Assembly: GCA_054600435.1 (NCBI GenBank)
Contig: BAAIJX010000027.1
Span: 62,001-126,000 of the forward strand
Reading direction: 5' to 3'
Length of the DNA: 64,000 nt
From: Neophaeotheca triangularis
Lineage: Eukaryota
Position 1 is the first letter of the stretch; each line of letters begins with the position of its first letter. Under the pieces are notes generated by a model. It did not search any database. It was given only the letters and a program-made list of their open reading frames with translations, and was not told the origin of the DNA. The translations under genes and the position numbers were made by a program. Positions 59,168 to 64,000 of the stretch are shown here, in pieces.

Positions 59168-59626
59168 AATTGGTCATGGCCATGGTAGGGGGTGACCGGT
59201 GAGCTTTCACTTTGCTCAATAGGGGATAGGGTGAGTGAAGAGAAGTACACGTGATGAGATGCTTTGCGCAAAGATACCCAGGAACGCTTACCTATACTGA
59301 AGCGCTGTACCTTACACATCAAATACCAAGAACGAGATCAGTTTGGTCACAGTAAGGTAGGTATAGCTCCACGTGCCACCCGTCACTTTCGCGCCAGTGG
59401 GTCCACACGCGATGGCAGCCTGGGCTGGGCCTAGTCGCGACTTCCCCAACGCAACTTCGTCAAATTCCCTCGAACTCCCCAACAACCTTGCCTCTCCCCT
59501 CCTCTTCCACCACGCACTCTCGTAACAGGCACACCATTGCAGCCACCTCGCCGCCGCCCACGTACTGCACCTCTACAGACTACCCGCACAAACCCATCGC
59601 ACGACAGCCATCGGCGTGTCCTAACC

Positions 59627-61000
59627 ATGACCCGCGAGGCAGCGGTCTCAGAATGGGATGCTCTCATCATCGACTTGGAGAACTTTGCCAGCCGGAGTAA
59701 CAGCGGGACGAATCGGACGATCAGTGCTGGGACGGTCGCGCCTGCGGCTGTTCGAGTGGAGCGGAAGAATGCATCGACTCAGACTGTGGCTCTGTCTGCC
59801 GATGCTGGTGCTCGGGAGTCCGGGGACGAGGGAGCTGTTGGGAGGTTGGAGGAGAAAGTCAGCAAGTTGGAAGGAAGTCTTGCCGCAATGGATGGAAGAA
59901 TCGAAGCTCGCCTCGGCAGGAGCGAGGGAGCTATCAGCGAACTCCAAGCGGCCCTGGATAAATCGACAGCAGCCGTCGGTCAGGTGAATGAAGCCGTCAG
60001 CGATGTGAGGGAGCTTCTCGGGGGATCCACGAACGCCAACACGCAGGGCGAGGCTACCGAGCCCGCAACGCCAACTTCTTCTTCACCAAACAAAGATGTC
60101 ACCGCAACTGCCATTGCAGCGGCTGACAGCGATAGTCTACGAAAACATTCACTGCTCGGAATGCCTGCGGAAATCAAACTCATGATCTTCCGTTTCGCGT
60201 ATCAGCCGCAACGTGTCGTTAGGCTCATCTGCCGCGGGGAGAACGCTATGAACACTGCCGGACTGATCGGCTTAGACATGTATCAGGATGGGGAGACTGA
60301 CATACCGGTCGCTGACAGTAGCCCTATTCCGCCTTCCATTTTCGTCCCTCTGCTTGTATCGCACGAATTCATGCAGGCGGCACTGGAACCTTGGATGGAA
60401 GCCCGGATCCTTTCAGTGAGCGTGTTTTGGTTTAGAAGCCTGGCCGACTATTACAAGAGACCACCTTCGTTAGAGAATCGCTGCTTCCACTCTTTGCGTG
60501 CCTTGGAATTGCGTTGCGGGCTTCCGCTCAGCCGAAGTGACATGGCTCAACTCTTGAGTTTCAAATGTCTTTCTCAGCTGCACTTGTCGCTCGGCAACGG
60601 AGCTTTTGTATGTGGCGTATTGAAGGAAGCGTTGAACGGCGTCTCAGAGGGTGGCGATCTTGCTACGAAAGGCATTGTTCGATTGCTAGCGCGCCTACGC
60701 GGCCTACGCTCGCTGGAGGTTTCCCTGAACGTTTCCACGGATGTATCGGGAAGCAAAGAACACTTAGCGCAACAAACCGGGGCCCAAAAGTTACAAGCCT
60801 TCCTCCAGCCGATTGTCACCCTTCCAAGGAGCACCGCGCAGATGCCCAAGTATGGGATGGGTGAGGAAGTCGTTAGCAAACCCCTCGACGCGAAGGAAGT
60901 AAGGGAACTGCGCGAGCAAGGCTTGCGAAGACTTGTATCTTCTCGATCGACCGGACAAGAATCAGGGGGCACACAGGAGGGAACGAGTTCCCACCAGTGA
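59627..61000 (+). CDS. Hypothetical protein with coiled coil, F-box-like motif and Leu-rich segments
   Basis: LEEKVSKLEGSL coiled coil, SLLGMPAEIKLMIFRFAY (F-box-like), LRALEL and LRGLRSLEV. Start codon uncertain. Confidence 0.7.
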   Translation: MTREAAVSEWDALIIDLENFASRSNSGTNRTISAGTVAPAAVRVERKNASTQTVALSADAGARESGDEGAVGRLEEKVSKLEGSLAAMDGRIEARLGRSEGAISELQAALDKSTAAVGQVNEAVSDVRELLGGSTNANTQGEATEPATPTSSSPNKDVTATAIAAADSDSLRKHSLLGMPAEIKLMIFRFAYQPQRVVRLICRGENAMNTAGLIGLDMYQDGETDIPVADSSPIPPSIFVPLLVSHEFMQAALEPWMEARILSVSVFWFRSLADYYKRPPSLENRCFHSLRALELRCGLPLSRSDMAQLLSFKCLSQLHLSLGNGAFVCGVLKEALNGVSEGGDLATKGIVRLLARLRGLRSLEVSLNVSTDVSGSKEHLAQQTGAQKLQAFLQPIVTLPRSTAQMPKYGMGEEVVSKPLDAKEVRELREQGLRRLVSSRSTGQESGGTQEGTSSHQ

Positions 61001-61982
61001 CAAGGTATGTATCGCCGCACTCGACTATTGAACTTCGCTGACGCCGCATCGAAAAGTGGCAGAAGCCTAGCTTTGGTACCTATTCGAACATGAGCATCAT
61101 CGCATGCGGAATACCTCAACTTACTTACTAGTCCTTATTGGCATCTTGTACGTCTCGCGAACGGTGGTCAAAGTTGTATGCGATACTTACGCATTGAAGC
61201 GATCACATCGATAACACGATTCGACCATCCTGCTCCGACCAGCAGTGATATACAAAGAGCGGTTGCTTGCTTTTCGTAAGGCAGTGCCTCTTTCTGTAGC
61301 GTTCTGCATGTTAAGCTGTTGCTCGTCTGTCTATTTCGGGGTATGGGCAATAGCTACAAGTGGGAGACTGTTGCTATGAGCACGAGGAGTCGTCTGAAGA
61401 TGTTCGTGCTCAAACGGTTGGCTGGGGTTCGCTTACTTCGAGACTTGCCAAGAAAGGAGGTACTTCCAGTAGCTATCTTATCAAGAGGTGCAGATGATCT
61501 TCGGTGCCTGATGATGGTCTCAGGACGAACAAAGCAGCTCATGAGCAGTGAGCAACAATGTCGAGCCCGTAGGTAGTAGCCAGCGGTGTCATTTTTCTTT
61601 GTTCTGAACATCCAACACTTCTCCCTCCTTATATACAGTACTACTATCGTCAAGCACACAGCTTCACCTCCACTGGACTCACTTCACCCAAAGCGGCACG
61701 GAGCAATTGCGTCACAGATCAAGCCGGGTCGAGTGGTCCAGACATCCATCCCACTTTAGGTTGACAAAGTCGACGCGCAGACTCGTCGGCGTTTCAGCGC
61801 AGGCTGTGCGGGACCACTTGCTCATTATCGTACATGCTACAGTGCCTACAGTACCTACCTACTATTGTCCCGCCCAAACCTACGAACTTGTCTGCCTCCG
61901 GCTGCGCTGCTTACCGTAAAACATAGAGAGTACAGCAGTCGCAAAAGCCTTTCCAACCCATTCATCCCCCCCCTCATTCAAC

Positions 61983-63443
61983 ATGGCTTTCGGCAGCAGC
62001 AAGAACAAGGCCGGCTCAGTGTCACCCGATCGCGGCGCAGACTCTCAACCAGCAGAGCCAGGCACCCCGTCGTCTGTTGCTTCCGCCGACACCTCCCGCG
62101 CCTCGACGCCCAACCCCAATAGCAAAGAGCCCCAAGCCCCCGTGGCAGCGGACGGCAAGACGCCTGACGATTCCAGCAAACTCCGCACCTTCTTGTCCAT
62201 CCTCAAGCGCTTCATCGGCGTCACCGACATAGCCGCCGTCCGCTTCTCCCTTCCCGCCCAACTCCTCGAGCCCATACCCAACTTGGAGTACTGGCACTAC
62301 CTCGATCGACCAGAGACTTTCATTGCCATCGGCGACAGCAAGGATGAGCTCGGCCGCATGCTCGGCTGCTTGCGGTTTTGGTTTACGAAAGATTTGAAGT
62401 ACGTCAAGGGCAAGCCTTGCAAGCCATACAACAGCACGCTCGGGGAGTTTTTCAGATGTAATTGGGAAGTGGAGGATGACAAGCCAAGTCTCAAGGGCGA
62501 AGAGGTCAAGGAGAACCTACACCAAACCCCCAATGCCCCGGCAGGCGAGACGACCAAAGACAAGACCGTCCGAGTCTCCTACCTCACAGAACAAACCTCC
62601 CACCACCCTCCCGTCTCCGCATACTACGTCGACTGCCCCGACAAGGGCATCAGCGCGCGCGGCTTCGACCAGCTCTCCGCCAAATTCACCGGCACCTCCG
62701 TGCGCGTTGTCCCCGGCGTGCACAACCAAGGCATCTACGTGACCCTCCACCGCTGGGACGACGAAACCTACCAACTAACCCACCCCGCCGCCTACCTAGG
62801 CGGTTTCCTCCGTGGCAACCTCGGCGTAACCGTCGCCGACACCTGCTACGTAACCTGCCCGAAAACCAACCTCAAAGTCATCCTCCACTACCTCGAAGAA
62901 GGCTACTTCGGCAAGACGCAAAACAAAGTCGAAGGCGTCATCTTCAAATGCGCCGACCCGGACACAGACAAGACCAGCCGCATCAAAGACGTCCCCGATA
63001 AGGACGTCCTCGGCCGCATCGACGGCAGCTGGACCGACAAAGTCTATTTCAGCTACGGCAGCAAAGACTTCAAAAAGACCTCCGACGACGAGCGCGTGCT
63101 CCTCATCGACGTGAACCCGCTCTTCCCCGCGCAAAAGCATTGTCCCCCCGAGGATCAGCAACTCGCCAACGAGTCCCGCCGTTTCTGGCACGACGTCACC
63201 GCCGCTATCCAGAACAAGCAATTCTCGCAAGCCACCACTCTCAAAACAGAACTGGAAGAGCGCCAGCGCGAACGCGCCGCCGAGCGTAAGGCGCAGGGCA
63301 AAGAGTGGCAGCCAAGATTCTTCACGGGTGCTGTTGAGCCCAAGGGCCAGCCGGTGCTGACGGAGGAGGGCAAGCGTGTTATGGAAGGTATGCATAAGGA
63401 TGAGTTTAGGCTCGAGGAGCCCAAAGAGTATGGGGCTTTGTAG
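61983..63443 (+). CDS. Oxysterol-binding protein (short ORP/Osh family)
   Basis: KPYNSTLGEFF, the EQTSHHPP signature, ESRRFW and LEERQRE. Confidence 0.95.
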   Translation: MAFGSSKNKAGSVSPDRGADSQPAEPGTPSSVASADTSRASTPNPNSKEPQAPVAADGKTPDDSSKLRTFLSILKRFIGVTDIAAVRFSLPAQLLEPIPNLEYWHYLDRPETFIAIGDSKDELGRMLGCLRFWFTKDLKYVKGKPCKPYNSTLGEFFRCNWEVEDDKPSLKGEEVKENLHQTPNAPAGETTKDKTVRVSYLTEQTSHHPPVSAYYVDCPDKGISARGFDQLSAKFTGTSVRVVPGVHNQGIYVTLHRWDDETYQLTHPAAYLGGFLRGNLGVTVADTCYVTCPKTNLKVILHYLEEGYFGKTQNKVEGVIFKCADPDTDKTSRIKDVPDKDVLGRIDGSWTDKVYFSYGSKDFKKTSDDERVLLIDVNPLFPAQKHCPPEDQQLANESRRFWHDVTAAIQNKQFSQATTLKTELEERQRERAAERKAQGKEWQPRFFTGAVEPKGQPVLTEEGKRVMEGMHKDEFRLEEPKEYGAL

Positions 63444-64000
63444 TAGAAGAGTTTGGGCTATTTGGTTGTGGGGAGATCTTGAGGGAGGGGCTGTTGAGCT
63501 GCGGATTGTGGATATTGGGGTGAATGAGAGGGAGGGATTGATGATGTCGACGACGCTTTTGCATTGAGGGGGCGCGATTGGGCGTTTTCTTTTCTTCTAG
63601 GGCGTTTTCCAATTCTGCCCGGCTTTTCCGTGCCTGTTCGTTGGGTTTACAAGATGAGGAGACAGGGGCTACCTACTTGCTTACACTACCTACCCACTCT
63701 AACGTAGCGGTTCTTTTGCCTTGGTTCGTCGAGGTTGCTCACGTATGGTTCTTCTTCTTCTCTTTTTCTCTTACTGCATATATCTGTTCAAACGTCGCTC
63801 GCGCTTCTCGGGGCTTTTCTATGCGCTAGGGTGGGGTTTAGCCGTTTGACTAGGCACTTGTACATGCGTCGCATTCGATGCTCTATGAAAACTGTTTGGC
63901 TTTTTCCCGCTGCCGGCGTGCGTGGGTGCCTTTGGACTGTGGACGAGAGGCGCGGTGGTCATGCGGTTTGCTCACGGGTGACTGGGTGCAAGCGCAAGTG

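Noticed and set aside
1..64000. CRISPR arrays, tRNA/rRNA genes, autonomous transposons or a secondary-metabolite cluster
   Set aside because: I saw no repeat-spacer array, cloverleaf, rRNA sequence, transposase/RT domain or PKS/NRPS gene.

Overview
Gene-dense eukaryotic DNA from a filamentous ascomycete. GT-AG introns of about 50-80 nt with CTRAC branch sites and the protein styles suggest a Dothideomycete such as a Mycosphaerellales/Capnodiales black fungus (inference). About 21 protein-coding genes are present, mostly housekeeping: carboxylesterase, LEA-like protein, RPA34, GRC3, SMC4, prenylcysteine oxidase, Zn2Cys6 transcription factor, aldose 1-epimerase, Dopey, MON1, UBP2, two complex I accessory subunits, tubulin cofactor C, mtTFB, GAA1, TFC4, an oxysterol-binding protein and four hypothetical proteins. 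Many are split across introns in the ORF track and were re-spliced by hand. I found no prokaryote-style novel system, CRISPR array, tRNA or rRNA. The most interesting signals are: a 314-bp MITE-like element with a 39-bp inverted repeat; a spliced, apparently non-coding minus-strand transcription unit at about 20.8-22.1 kb; an UBP2 intron that reads as an alternative ATG-initiated N-terminus; a mitochondria-targeted LEA-like gene; an in-frame uORF ending in TAG-CTA before the transcription factor; a frameshifted rhomboid relic; a recurring C-rich to G-rich skew switch independent of gene strand; and a TACCTAG motif enriched at gene boundaries. All calls come from reading the sequence by eye; no searches were run.
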